Shown here piece after piece: positions 22,478 to 33,945 of a DNA stretch of 64,000 nt (position 1 is the first letter of the stretch; each line of letters begins with the position of its first letter). The notes below the pieces were generated by a model. The model saw only the letters and a program-made list of their open reading frames with translations, was not told the DNA's origin and searched no databases. The translations under genes and the position numbers were made by a program. Origin of the DNA: an uncultured Chloroflexia bacterium (GTDB lineage: Bacteria > Chloroflexota > Anaerolineae > Anaerolineales > UBA4823); assembly GCA_963793095.1 (NCBI GenBank), contig CAWBYY010000011.1:1151631-1215630 (forward strand), in the 5' to 3' direction.

Positions 22478-22946
22478 TCAGCACCAATTAGTTATTAATA
22501 ACGAAAATAAATTAGAAAAAAATTTGCTTATTCCAAATACTTAATATCCATGGCATCATTCTCATATATCATGGCGTCAAACCCGGTTCCATTGAAAAAA
22601 AACCAACACCTTAGGCTCTGTTCATCAGTCCGTTATAAAACAGGTCTTAAATCCATAGAAAATCCGGTATTAGAATCAGGAGTAATCCATCCCGTTTAAC
22701 ATGGTAATTTCAAAGGTTTTTTGTTATGACTGGTTTATGTAATTTAAATTTTATGATATATATTTAATAGGCTGAAACATTTTGATGTTTCACTGGTGTC
22801 AAGGCAAAACCTAATTAACCAACCTAAAACCGACCTGCCTATGACGAAAATCTGACCTCATCTCAAGAGCAGGTAGATTTACCATCTCTTCCTACTAAAT
22901 ACTGCTCAACCCAAACTTTCTAGTTATTAACCTAAATCACAAAAGT

Positions 22947-25900
22947 ATGAGACGTACTACAAAATTACCTGGAAGGCGTCCGAAGCAGATGCGAACCTGT
23001 AAGACTTTTCAGGTATTGAGAACTTTATTGATTTTATTTGTGTTTCAGCTATTTGTCATGATTGCTGCAGCACAGCCTGTGACCGTAACAGGAACCATCA
23101 CAGATGCAGCCGGAGAGTCTATTATCGGGGCCAACATTTTAATAAAAGGTACCACCATCGGGACCATTTCTGATGTCAACGGGCAATTCAGCCTGGATGT
23201 GGATGATCCGACGGTCACACTCGTGATCTCCTTTATTGGATACTCCACGCAGGAGGTCGTTCCGGGAGACCAGCAGGTCCTCAGTATCATTATGAATGAA
23301 GATATGGTGGGACTGGACGAAGTGGTAGTGGTCGGCTATGGTACACAGAAAAAAGTGAACCTTACCGGGTCTGTGGGTACAGCCGATGGCGAAGTACTGG
23401 CAGACAGGCCCATCGCTAATACAGGTGAAGGCTTGCAGGGTGTCATACCTAATTTTAATATTACCATCCGGAACGGAGACCCTGCCGACACCCGCACCGA
23501 TTTTAATGTCAGGGGATATGAATCTATCAACGGTGGTAGTCCCCTCATCCTGATCGATGGAGTGCCGGGGGACCTTAACAGGCTGAACCCGAATGACATT
23601 GCAAGTGTCAGCGTATTGAAAGATGCTTCCGCTTCCGCCGTTTATGGTGCCAGGGCAGCTTTTGGTGTAGTCCTGGTTGAGACAAAAAAAGGAAAAGGCC
23701 GGAAGGCGAATGTTTCGTTCGGGGCGGAATTTGGATGGGCCAAGCCCATTTTCCTAATGGACCCGATCACGGACCCGTACCAGTTCGCTCTGGCAAGAAA
23801 CCAGGCCGAGCAGCGCACCAACGGAGCTGACAGTTACAACCAGGAAGCGCTTGATAGATACAAAAGATGGAGTGACAACCCCACTTTTGAAAATGCCTGG
23901 ACGGTCGAAGAGGGAATACTTCGTTTTAATGGGTACAACAATTATTCAGATGATTTGTTAATCGATTATGCCCCGCAGCAGAAGTACGACTTCAATGTTT
24001 CAGGGGCCTCTGAAAATGCATCCTATTATGTATCCTTCGGACACCTGAACAAGGATGGATACCTCAACAACAAGGAGAAGAACGAACACTTCAAACGGTA
24101 TAATGTGCTGCTGAAAGGTGATTTCAAAGTCAATAAATGGTTGTCCGTAGACAGCAGGGCATTGATCTCCACCGAGACAAGTGATATACCCACCTTTTAC
24201 AACTGGGATGTGAACATCAACACCACGGCACGTCAAAATCCAATAGCCCCGATTGCATTCCCGGACCTTCCGTATTACGTAACCCCGGGGGACCATGACG
24301 ATTATACACAGTACATAGGGAAGTATTTTGGTGGGACCAACTTTTTTGAGTACCTCGAAAGAGGCGGACGCAAAACCTTTACCAAAACCAACACCACCCT
24401 GACCCAGGGAGTAACGCTTACCCCCATTAAAGGTTTAAGAATCAGGGGAGACATCTCATATTCCCTCTATAACCGAATTTTCCAGGATGTGCAAAGCAAG
24501 GTGACAGTGATAGATCCAAACCCGGACCTCCTATCGGATAATATCCTGAGTAACGGGTACAGCGGAAATGACTTTATCCAGAACATCACTGACAATGACC
24601 AGTATTTTGTGTTGAATACCTATGCAGATTATACCATTGACCAGGGCTCCCATTATTTCAAGGCCATGGTTGGTTTTAACCAGGAGTGGGGAAGGAATCA
24701 GCAGATCGTCTCACAGGCATTCAGCCTGGTTACCCCTCAAATCACTGATCTGAATGCCACAGTAGGTGCTCAGCAAGCCGATGGTTCGAAGTCACATGTT
24801 GCCCTCAGGGGCGTATTCTACCGTGTGAATTACATCTTTAAGGACCGGTACCTGATAGAAGCCAATGGCCGGTATGACGGAACCTCCAGGTTCCCGAAGG
24901 ACGACAGGTTTGGATTCTTCCCGTCATTTTCTGCCGGATGGAGGATATCAGAAGAAGCATTCATGAGCGGAACAAGCAGCTGGCTGGATAACCTCAAGCT
25001 CCGCGCCAGCTACGGTACACTTGGAAACCAGTTGCTGGGAGACAACTACTATCCCTACATTCCAAGCATGGGAATCGGCAGTTCACCTATTATGTTAAGC
25101 GCCGGCACCAGGTCCCCCTATGTTTCAGCAGCGGGACTGGTTAGCCCGACATTGACATGGGAGACGGTGGTTACCCAGAACCTGGGACTGGATTTTACCA
25201 TGCTGGGGAACAGGCTTGATTTCTCTTTTGACATTTATTCACGGGATACCAAGGACATGTTAACGGATGTTACCTATCCTGATATCCTGGGTACTGATGC
25301 GCCTGAGGCCAATGCTGCCGATCTGAGGACCACTGGCTGGGAAATTGCGGCCACATGGAAAAACAGGATCAATACGAACTGGAACTATGGTGTTACACTG
25401 GCATTATCAGATAATAAAAGTGAAATCACCAAATACGATAATCCGACCGGATCACTCAATGAGCATTATGTCGGAGAGATCATTGGTGAACTATGGGGAT
25501 TTGAAACCCAGGGCATCTTCCAGACAGATGAAGAAGTTTTGGAAATTGACCAGAGCCAGCTGGGCTCCAACTGGAGACCGGGGGACATTCGCTACGCAGA
25601 CCTGAATGGTGACGGCAAAATTACCAGGGGTTCCAACACACTGGATGATCCGGGTGACCAGAAGATCATAGCCTATGAAAGTCCAAGATACAATTTTGGG
25701 ATCAATGGCAACCTGGGATGGAAGGACTTCACCCTGACCATCTTTTTCCAGGGTGTGCTAAAGTATGAGTACTGGCCGCCCAATGGTAACTGGAACGCCT
25801 TCTATCCCTACAATGCAGGGAATGTTGAGTGGTACTACCTGACAGAAACCTGGAGCCCTGAAAATCCAAACGCTTATTTTGCTGCACCGCATATCTCAAC

Positions 25901-26168
25901 AAATACTAAGCAGAATATTCAGGAACAGTCACGCTATGTACAGAATGCCGCCTATATTCGTCTGAAAACGATGACATTGGCCTATAACCTGCCTTCAGCA
26001 TGGGCCGGTAAGGTGGGAATGCAGGCTGCACGGATCTATTTCTCCGGATTGAACATGTGGGAATTTACCAAAATGCACAAGCCCCTTGATCCTGAAGTAC
26101 GGCCAACGCTGACCCAGGAATACTACAAGCAGCGTGTCTATTCTATAGGTCTGAATGTTACATTCTAA
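22947..26168 (+). CDS. susC: SusC/RagA-family TonB-dependent outer-membrane transporter
   Basis: Intact 1073-aa ORF. It has a CarboxypepD_reg-like domain (VTGTITDAAGESIIGANILIKGTTIGTISDVNGQFSL), a plug region (VVVGYGTQKKVNLTGSV) and a C-terminal aromatic residue (VTF). No STN domain is present. A possible later start lies at 22989. Confidence 0.95.
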   Translation: MRRTTKLPGRRPKQMRTCKTFQVLRTLLILFVFQLFVMIAAAQPVTVTGTITDAAGESIIGANILIKGTTIGTISDVNGQFSLDVDDPTVTLVISFIGYSTQEVVPGDQQVLSIIMNEDMVGLDEVVVVGYGTQKKVNLTGSVGTADGEVLADRPIANTGEGLQGVIPNFNITIRNGDPADTRTDFNVRGYESINGGSPLILIDGVPGDLNRLNPNDIASVSVLKDASASAVYGARAAFGVVLVETKKGKGRKANVSFGAEFGWAKPIFLMDPITDPYQFALARNQAEQRTNGADSYNQEALDRYKRWSDNPTFENAWTVEEGILRFNGYNNYSDDLLIDYAPQQKYDFNVSGASENASYYVSFGHLNKDGYLNNKEKNEHFKRYNVLLKGDFKVNKWLSVDSRALISTETSDIPTFYNWDVNINTTARQNPIAPIAFPDLPYYVTPGDHDDYTQYIGKYFGGTNFFEYLERGGRKTFTKTNTTLTQGVTLTPIKGLRIRGDISYSLYNRIFQDVQSKVTVIDPNPDLLSDNILSNGYSGNDFIQNITDNDQYFVLNTYADYTIDQGSHYFKAMVGFNQEWGRNQQIVSQAFSLVTPQITDLNATVGAQQADGSKSHVALRGVFYRVNYIFKDRYLIEANGRYDGTSRFPKDDRFGFFPSFSAGWRISEEAFMSGTSSWLDNLKLRASYGTLGNQLLGDNYYPYIPSMGIGSSPIMLSAGTRSPYVSAAGLVSPTLTWETVVTQNLGLDFTMLGNRLDFSFDIYSRDTKDMLTDVTYPDILGTDAPEANAADLRTTGWEIAATWKNRINTNWNYGVTLALSDNKSEITKYDNPTGSLNEHYVGEIIGELWGFETQGIFQTDEEVLEIDQSQLGSNWRPGDIRYADLNGDGKITRGSNTLDDPGDQKIIAYESPRYNFGINGNLGWKDFTLTIFFQGVLKYEYWPPNGNWNAFYPYNAGNVEWYYLTETWSPENPNAYFAAPHISTNTKQNIQEQSRYVQNAAYIRLKTMTLAYNLPSAWAGKVGMQAARIYFSGLNMWEFTKMHKPLDPEVRPTLTQEYYKQRVYSIGLNVTF

Positions 26169-26189
26169 TAACCAAAAAAGGAAAAGAAA

Positions 26190-27995
26190 ATGAAAAAGCA
26201 TATTATAAAAACAGGTTTGGTTGTTATTGCAACATTTTTGACTTTAAGTTGCAACGATGATTTTCTGGACAGACAACCATTGGATGAGATCAGCAATGAA
26301 TCTTTCTGGAATACCGAGAATGACCTGCTGGTCTACAATAACGGTCTGTATCATATTGCCAGAAATGATGATCTGGTACCCATTTTAATGGCATTCGATG
26401 ATGGTTTTGACAGCCACAAGTATACCAGCTGGAACCTGGACTGCTTCTCCGATAACATTGCACCGCGGGCTGACAGGCTTGATGAGTTCCAGCGGAAACG
26501 TGCGGGCAAACATGCTGTCATACCTGGTAGGGCCTGGTTTGGCTGGGGGGGATGGGACTTCCTAAGAGCCATCAATGTCGGTATGGATAATTATGGAAAG
26601 GCACAAGTTACTGATGAAGTTAGGAATAAATATATCGGTGAGGCACGCCTGCTGCGCGCATGGTTTTATCACGATAAAGTGCGCAAGTTTGGCGATGTGC
26701 AGTGGGTAGATACAGAGTTAAATATCGATGATGAAGATGTCCTCTACGGCGAGCGGGATGACCGTCAAACGGTTATGGCAAATGTGCTGGATGACCTGAA
26801 TTTTGCCTGTGCAAACATCCCGGATGACTGGGGTGACGGAAATGCGCCGGGAAGGTTGGACCGCTGGTGTGCACTTCTGATTAAGGCAAGGGTTTGCCTT
26901 TGGGAGGGCACCTTCCGGAAATACCACGGCGTTGGATCCGATGCTGATATGTGGTTACAACAGGCCGCTGACGCTGCCCAGGAGATCGTGGATAATGGCC
27001 CGTACGCATTGTATACAGGTGATCCTGATGGGAACGATTATAATGCCATACACCGGATGACGGATCTTTCCGGGAACCCGGAAGTAATGTACTGGAGAAG
27101 GTACCAGCTGGGTATCTACACCAATCACACCCAGAGTTATCACAGGGGTTATAATGGAGGAGCTACAAAAAGTATGGTTGAAGATTATCTCTGTACTGAT
27201 GGACTGCCCATTTCCCTTTCACCACTGTACCAGGGGGATGAGGTTTATGAAAATATCTGGGAAAACCGTGATCCAAGGTTAAGGCAGACCGTAATGCATC
27301 CTGACGACCAGCCATATTATTACTATGGGAACGGTATTCCCGAACTTTACCGATATCCCAGAATACAGGGCAATACCGGCGGTGGCATAAAAACCTATAC
27401 CGGATATCATATCATCAAAACGTATGAGAATGTTGCCGCATATAACACCTATAATGTTTCAGAAACCCCTGCCATTATATTGAGGTATGGTGAAGTCCTG
27501 TTAACCTTGGCTGAGGCAAAGGCGGAACTGGGGACCATTACCCAGGGTGATCTTGACGCGACCATCAACGCACTGCGCGACAGAGCGGGCCTCCCGGTCG
27601 AGGCACATCTGATTCTCGGCGCTGAACCAGTGGATCCGCGGTATACCTCATGGCACAGTGATCCGCTCATCGTCGAGATCCGCCGTGAAAGAAGGGTGGA
27701 ATTATTCATGGAAGGTTTCCGCTACTTCGATTTATTACGCTGGAAGTGGGGCAAACTGCTGGAGCAGAAAGATTACGGCATGCGTTGGGATGAGGCAACC
27801 CGCGCCCTGGTTGACCCGGAAGGTACTGTAACAGTAGGGTTTTCCGATGTGGATGGAGTCCCATACCTCGAACCATACCAGGGTACCGACTACGAAACCC
27901 CTGTATTCGATGAATCCAAGCATTATTTATGGCCCATTCCGATCGATGCTATTTCTCAAAATCCAGACCTAGGGCAAAATCCCGGTTGGCAATGA
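26190..27995 (+). CDS. susD: SusD/RagB-family nutrient-binding lipoprotein
   Basis: Intact 601-aa ORF 21 nt after susC. It has a lipoprotein signal (TFLTLSCNDDFLDRQP) and typical SusD blocks (ARLLRAWFYHD, ILRYGEVLLTLAEA, ERRVELFMEGFRYFDLLRW). Confidence 0.95.
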   Translation: MKKHIIKTGLVVIATFLTLSCNDDFLDRQPLDEISNESFWNTENDLLVYNNGLYHIARNDDLVPILMAFDDGFDSHKYTSWNLDCFSDNIAPRADRLDEFQRKRAGKHAVIPGRAWFGWGGWDFLRAINVGMDNYGKAQVTDEVRNKYIGEARLLRAWFYHDKVRKFGDVQWVDTELNIDDEDVLYGERDDRQTVMANVLDDLNFACANIPDDWGDGNAPGRLDRWCALLIKARVCLWEGTFRKYHGVGSDADMWLQQAADAAQEIVDNGPYALYTGDPDGNDYNAIHRMTDLSGNPEVMYWRRYQLGIYTNHTQSYHRGYNGGATKSMVEDYLCTDGLPISLSPLYQGDEVYENIWENRDPRLRQTVMHPDDQPYYYYGNGIPELYRYPRIQGNTGGGIKTYTGYHIIKTYENVAAYNTYNVSETPAIILRYGEVLLTLAEAKAELGTITQGDLDATINALRDRAGLPVEAHLILGAEPVDPRYTSWHSDPLIVEIRRERRVELFMEGFRYFDLLRWKWGKLLEQKDYGMRWDEATRALVDPEGTVTVGFSDVDGVPYLEPYQGTDYETPVFDESKHYLWPIPIDAISQNPDLGQNPGWQ

Positions 27996-28040
27996 TCCAT
28001 AAATAAAACGATAGAGAATACATATCATTGTTGAAGCAAC

Positions 28041-28080
28041 AAAGCCGTAGTTACCCAGGTAATTACGGCTTTATTTCATT
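28041..28080 (+). terminator. stem-loop with T-rich tail after susD (intrinsic terminator or attenuator)
   Basis: AAAGCCGTA (28041-28049) pairs perfectly with TACGGCTTT (28064-28072) across a 14-nt loop. The tail is ATTTCATTTCTC. Confidence 0.6.
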
Positions 28081-28113
28081 TCTCAATTAGTTAATCTAAT
28101 AAACTACGTGCTT

Positions 28114-30085
28114 ATGAAGCCTATTGGTTTCATCCTGTTTTTGTTTTGCTTTCTGGCGGAATACGGGCTTTCAATTCAAGGTGCTGATCCTGTAAAAATC
28201 CAGGTAAGGGAAACATCGGAGATTGAATTGCTCCTTTCCAGATTGGAACTGGAAAGAGTAGAATTGGCCCGGGTTAAAAGTTCCATGACCAATCCGGAAG
28301 AGGCCGCTGCAGCATTACTGGAATACTACCGGGACCGGACTGCGGTCAAACACCCGGTAGACCGTTCATTGAAAGAAAAACTTTTAGGCAATGGCGCTAC
28401 CGAGAGAGACTTTAAATATGCAAACGATGCCCTGCGTCACATATTTGTCGGCCAGTCTGCTTACCCGTCACACTTCTGCGGTGATGACATCAACTGGAAT
28501 ACACGCCCTGTTCCCGATATGGAATGGGTCTGGCAATTGAATCGTATGTATTTCTGGAATGCCATGGGAAAGGTTTACTGGCATACCGGTGAGGAAAAAT
28601 ATGCCCAAGCATGGTGTGAACAGGTCGTCGACTGGATAGTCAAAAATCCGAATGACAGCGAACACAGATATGCATGGCGCTCCATTGAAGCAGGTATCCG
28701 TGGTTACAACTGGACAGGGCTGTACCAGTATTTCCTGGATTCACCCAGTTTCACCAGTGATGTTCTGGTGGCTTTTCTGAACAGTTGCTATGACCATGCT
28801 GAATATTTAATGACCAAATACCGGACCGGAAGCAACTGGGGATTGATGGAAGCTGAAGGGATGGCTTTTATCGCCATTACTTTTCCGGAATTCAAGGATG
28901 CTGAAAAATGGAGAAACGAAGCCTTCCGGCGCCTGAACAATGAGATCAATATCCAGGTATACCCCGACGGACACCAGCGGGAACTGGCCATGGGATATCA
29001 CCTGGGCTGTATCGGGTGGTTTCTAAGAACCTATGAACTGGCAAAACTCAATCACCTGGATGATGTCTTTCCCGACACATACCTTGAGAAGATAGAGAAA
29101 ATGTGTGAGGTTCCCATGAAAATCTGCCTTCCGGATGGGACAAATGTACCCTTCGGAGATGCCTGGGCAGGTAAACCGGGACAGCATGCTGAACGGTTCC
29201 TGGAATGGTCAAAACTGTTTGACCGCAATGATTTTCTGTATTTGGCAACGGAGGGCAAGAAAGGTAGTAAGCCTGAGGCCACAGCCTATGCCTTAAAAGA
29301 AAGCGGATTGTATTCCATGCGCAGCGGTTGGGACAAGCAGGCCATCTGCCTTGTCCTAAAATGCGGTCCGGATGGAGGGGGACATTGCCAGCCTGACAAT
29401 GGAACCTTCGATCTTTATGCAGGAGGCAGGAACCTGATGCCGGATGCAGGTAGTTACATCTACTCCGGTGACCGTGAAGGCCGTGCCTGGTTCCGGCAAA
29501 CCAAAGTACACCAGACACTTACCCTGGATGGCGAGAATTCCGGGTACGCCCCCAAATTACTGCTCTGGAAACCCGGGGATGACCTGGATATGCTGGTAGT
29601 TGAAAATGCCGGGTACGAGCAATTAACCCACCGGCGCGCTGTTTTTTTTGTGGATAAACGATACTTTGTAATCATTGATGAAGCCTATGGAGATGCGATC
29701 AGGAGATATAGGCTTACATTTTCAACTGGCACCCATAGGTGCAGATTTTGACTATGAAAACTTATCTGTCAGCACGGCCTATCAGGATGTCTGGAATGTC
29801 CTTGTATGGACTGAAAAGCAGGAAGGCTTGAAACTCCTTGAAGAGGAAGGACAGGTTTCATTTGAGTACACAAAAAAAGAATCAAGGCCTGCTTTTGGCT
29901 ACCATATGGAGAAAGCACCAGGAGTTGCAGGTTTGCGATTTGTAACCCTGGTAGCTCCATATGAAAAGGAAAAACCAGCCATAAAGATCAAGGTTGTTGG
30001 TGATCTCCAGCCAGGTTCATCCGGACTCCAGCTCGAAATAACGGAAAATGCAGAAACAAGAATAATAGGATATTCCTTACAGTAA
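28114..30085 (+). CDS. heparinase II/III-like polysaccharide lyase family protein (divergent member); one frame break near 29695
   Basis: Pieces 28108-29751 and 29675-30085 join as IIDEAYGDA|GDIGLHFQLAP. It has a signal peptide and alpha/alpha-toroid-type blocks (WVWQLNRMYFW, WRSIEAGIRGYNW, NWGLMEAEGMAFIA, YPDGHQRELAMGYH). HCQPDNGTFDLYAGG is typical of the Hepar_II_III domain. Confidence 0.65.
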
Positions 30086-30120
30086 ATTTCCGGAAAACAT
30101 TCACACTAAACCTAATAATA

Positions 30121-32003
30121 ATGAATAAAACAAAAGCTCTGATCAATTATTTGATCCCTTTCCTGCTTGCAATGCTGATATTAACGGGCTGTTGCATATG
30201 CCGGGGAAGATATTCCTATGCTGGATAACCCCATGACGGTACAATACCTGAAAAAGAACCTCCAAAAATCCCAACCACGGCTGGTTTTGAATGCCAAAAT
30301 TGAAAAAAACCTGAAGAATAAGCTCAAAACCGATCCGGTTATTCAGAATATGTATCAGGCTATCCAGCTAAACGCCGCAGAGGTGCAGCAAAGACCCCTG
30401 CTTGAACGCAGGAAGGTAGGACGGCGTTTGCTCGGCGTATCCAGGGAAATGCTCTGGCGTGTGAATATGCTCGGGATGGTTTACCGCATGGAAAAAGATC
30501 CGGAGATTTTAGACCGGATTAACGAGGAGGTCATAGCGGTATGTAATTTTTCTGACTGGAATCCATCCCATTTCCTGGATGTGGCCGAGATGTCAATGGC
30601 CGTTGCTTTAGCGCTGGACTGGACGGCAGGGGACCTGCCCCAGTCAACGATAACCCTGGCCAAATCTGCCACTCATTGAAAAAGGGATCAAGCCGAGCTG
30701 GCCGGCCAGCGGGAAAGATCCCGGATGGGCATATGGAACCAATAACTGGAACCAGGTCTGCAATGGCGGTATGATTGCCGCCTCCATTGCCATCGCTGAA
30801 GTGGATCCGGAACTGGCCGCCAAGACCATACACAGATCACTGGACGGGATCCCGCATGCACTGGTGGAATACGGACCGGATGGTGTTTATCCGGAAGGAT
30901 CCACCTACTGGGGATACGGTACCGGATTTTCCATAGTGACTGCCGCCATGCTCGAAAGTGCTTTCGGCCATGATTTCGGACATTTTGAATACCCGGCCTT
31001 TAAAGAGAGTGCCATTTTCAGGTCTCTCTCAAATGCACCCTCAGGCTGGTACTACAATTTTGCCGATTGTGGCGATAAACGGGATGAAAACGGAGATATC
31101 CTCCTGGCCTGGTTTGCTTCCAAAACAGGCAATAAAACTTTCTTTGAGAAAGAACGCTTCCTGCGTCCGGCTGAGGAGATGGGTATGTTGCATCGCCTGG
31201 CAGGGGCCGGACTGGTCTGGCTGGCACAGTACGAAGAAAAAGAGGAAGTGAAGGTACCCACCGAATGGAAGGGAGAAGGAGCCAATCCGGTGGTATTTTT
31301 TACCGGGGGAGAAAATGATCCCCATCATTATTATTTCGGGGGAAAAGGAGGCCGCGGAATGGTGAACCACGGGAACATGGACGGGGGTTCCTTTATTTTT
31401 GAATTAAACGGTGTGCGTTGGGTGATCGACCCGGGAAACCAATCCTATCATGCCCTGGAGCAGACAGGTTTTGACCTCTGGGGACGGTGCCAGGCGTGTG
31501 ACCGGTGGACCCTGCTGACAAAAAGCAACTTCGGCCACAGTACAATCTCCATCAATGATTCATTGCACAGGACTGAAGGACTGGTCACCTTGAGTGATTT
31601 TAAATCAGGGGATCAGCCGGAAGCCACCTTTGATATGTCCGCCACATTGGCCGGACAGGTGGCAGGTGCATCCCGTAAATTTGTTAAGGACAGCCCGACT
31701 TCCCTGGTCATAGAGGATGATATAGGACTTTCTGAAGAAACAAAGCTGATCACCTGGCAATTGATGACCACGGCTGATGTGGAAATCATCAATGGAGGTG
31801 CGATACTGAAACAGGATGGTAAGGAGCTCAAACTGGAAAACATTTCCCATCCCGACCTGGATGTGTCAATCATTTCACTTTATCCTGCCCCCCTGGAACT
31901 GGATCGCCAGATTGAAGGATTAAAACGGCTTGAGATCCGCATTCCTGCCTGGACCATTGAAGGCAATACCTGCCAGATCAAGGTAAGGCTTTCAGGAGAT
32001 TAA
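30121..32003 (+). CDS. heparinase II/III-like lyase paralog A (lipoprotein); 2 frame breaks (about 30195 and 30672)
   Basis: ATG at 30121 gives MNKTKALINYLIPFLLAMLILTGC (lipobox). The gene continues in ORFs 30218-30679 and 30771-32003. Motifs are FSDWNPSHFLDVAEMSMAVALALDW, NWNQVCNGGMIAAS, YPEGSTYWGYGT and NHGNMDGGSFIFELNGVRW. Confidence 0.7.
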
Positions 32004-32023
32004 TTAAGAAAAGTAAATCAACC

Positions 32024-33895
32024 ATGAAATCCAAATCACTAATTGTCGTCTGGTTAAGCCTGCTATTGCTTGTTCCGGTCTATTCAAATGTCCAGGCTAA
32101 GTCATTTGATGCTGATCCTCCAATACTTGAAAACCCGGTTACGGCTGACTATTTAAAGAAAAATTTATCAAAGAAATCGCCACGATTAATCCTTACTCCC
32201 AGGATTGAAAAGGATCTGAAAAAAAAGTTAAGATCTGACCCGCTCGTTCAGGGATATTATCAGTATCTGCAAAATGAAGCCCTCAAGATAATTGAAGAAC
32301 CATTGCTGAAGCGGGAGCTTACGGGGTTCCGTTTGCTCTCAGTATCACGCCAGATGGCTGAACGCATGGGCGTTTTGTGTATGGTTTACCGAATGGATAA
32401 GGATCCGGAAATTTTACATCGAATCGATGAAGAACTGCAAGCTGTTTGCACATTCTCTGACTGGAACCCGCAACATTTTCTGGATGTTGCCGAAATGTCC
32501 TTTGCCGTTGCTCTGGCCCTTGACTGGGTTGGAGATGATCTGCCGGACCAGACAGTTGATGTAGCCGAATCTTCTTTGATAGAAAAAGGACTAAAACCGA
32601 GCTATAACGAAGGAGGGACACGTATGTTCTGGATCAGCAGCAGCAACAACTGGAATGCCGTTTGTCACGGGGGGATGATCGCTGCCTCACTGGCCATTGC
32701 GGAAAAGGATCCTGAACTGGCTGCAAAAACCATCGCACGGGCCCTGGAGAAATTGCCAAATTCATTGAAAGAATATGGCCCGGATGGCATTTATCCGGAA
32801 GGACCGAGTTACTGGGGGTATGGAACAAGCTATTCTGTGCTGGCTTCCGAGATGTTAAGAACCGCTCTGGGCAGTGATTTTGGCATATCTGAGAGCCCGG
32901 GCTTTATGGAGAGTGCCAACTTCCGGCTGCTCGCTACGGCACCTTCAGGTGAATACTTCAATTTTGCTGATTCAGATGGCCGCAAAGGCGGGAGTGGTTC
33001 TGTTTTGCTGACCTGGTTTGCCGCAAAAACGGGTGATGAAATTTACCTGGACAAACCTTTTCTGGAAAATCCGGAAAATGCTGGCAGGCTGGCTGGTCCG
33101 GGACTGGTTTGGCTTTTGCAATTCTCACAGACCAGGACTGGTGAATTGCCCCTCGAATGGTATGGAAAAGGTCGGAATCCCATTGCCGTCTTCCGGGGAG
33201 GGAAAGAAGACACCGGGCATTTTTACCTGGCCGTAAAAGGAGGTTCGGCCAATATAAGCCATGGGAATATGGATGCCGGGACTTTCATATTTGAACTTAA
33301 TGGTGTGCGCTGGGTTATCGATCCCGGCAACCAGCCCTATTACCCGTTGAACAGGATCGGTTTTAACCTGTCGGGGCATTGCCAGGATTGCCCGAGGTGG
33401 ACACTGTTGACGAAAAGAAACACCGGGCACAGTACGATTACTGTGAATGATGCCAGGTTTATTGTAGAAGCTGATGCCCCTATAACAAATTTTAAAAAAG
33501 GCGAAAGACCGGAAGTTACGATCGACATGACAGAGATTTACAGAGGAAACCTTACATCATTGCAACGCAGATATATCAAGGAAAGCAACAAGTCTTTTAT
33601 CATTGAAGATCAGATTGAAATGAATGATTCCACCCGGACGATTACCTGGGCATTGATGACCGTCGCCCATGTTACCCCGGTTAAAAATGGAGCGGTCCTG
33701 CATCAGGATGGCAAGGAACTGAGGCTTTCCATTTTAGCTCCCCGGGAGCTTGAGGTTTCAGTCATTTCACTGGATCCTCCACCCATGGAGATTGATAAAA
33801 CCATAGAAAACCTGAAACGCATTGAAATAAGGATCCCGGCTTACCTTTTCCAGGAAAAGAAAGGTTTGATCCGGGTACGGCTCGCGAGCGAATAA
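32024..33895 (+). CDS. heparinase II/III-like lyase paralog B (intact)
   Basis: 623-aa ORF with a signal peptide. In a hand-aligned block with paralog A, 50 of 67 residues are identical (FRLLSVSRQMAERMGVLCMVYRMDKDPEIL...FSDWNPQHFLDVAEMSFAVALALDW). It also has SHGNMDAGTFIFELNGVRW. Confidence 0.75.
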   Translation: MKSKSLIVVWLSLLLLVPVYSNVQAKSFDADPPILENPVTADYLKKNLSKKSPRLILTPRIEKDLKKKLRSDPLVQGYYQYLQNEALKIIEEPLLKRELTGFRLLSVSRQMAERMGVLCMVYRMDKDPEILHRIDEELQAVCTFSDWNPQHFLDVAEMSFAVALALDWVGDDLPDQTVDVAESSLIEKGLKPSYNEGGTRMFWISSSNNWNAVCHGGMIAASLAIAEKDPELAAKTIARALEKLPNSLKEYGPDGIYPEGPSYWGYGTSYSVLASEMLRTALGSDFGISESPGFMESANFRLLATAPSGEYFNFADSDGRKGGSGSVLLTWFAAKTGDEIYLDKPFLENPENAGRLAGPGLVWLLQFSQTRTGELPLEWYGKGRNPIAVFRGGKEDTGHFYLAVKGGSANISHGNMDAGTFIFELNGVRWVIDPGNQPYYPLNRIGFNLSGHCQDCPRWTLLTKRNTGHSTITVNDARFIVEADAPITNFKKGERPEVTIDMTEIYRGNLTSLQRRYIKESNKSFIIEDQIEMNDSTRTITWALMTVAHVTPVKNGAVLHQDGKELRLSILAPRELEVSVISLDPPPMEIDKTIENLKRIEIRIPAYLFQEKKGLIRVRLASE

Positions 33896-33945
33896 TAAAG
33901 ATATGGTGATACCGTTAACTCAAGATAAGGACGGATTATAATAAA

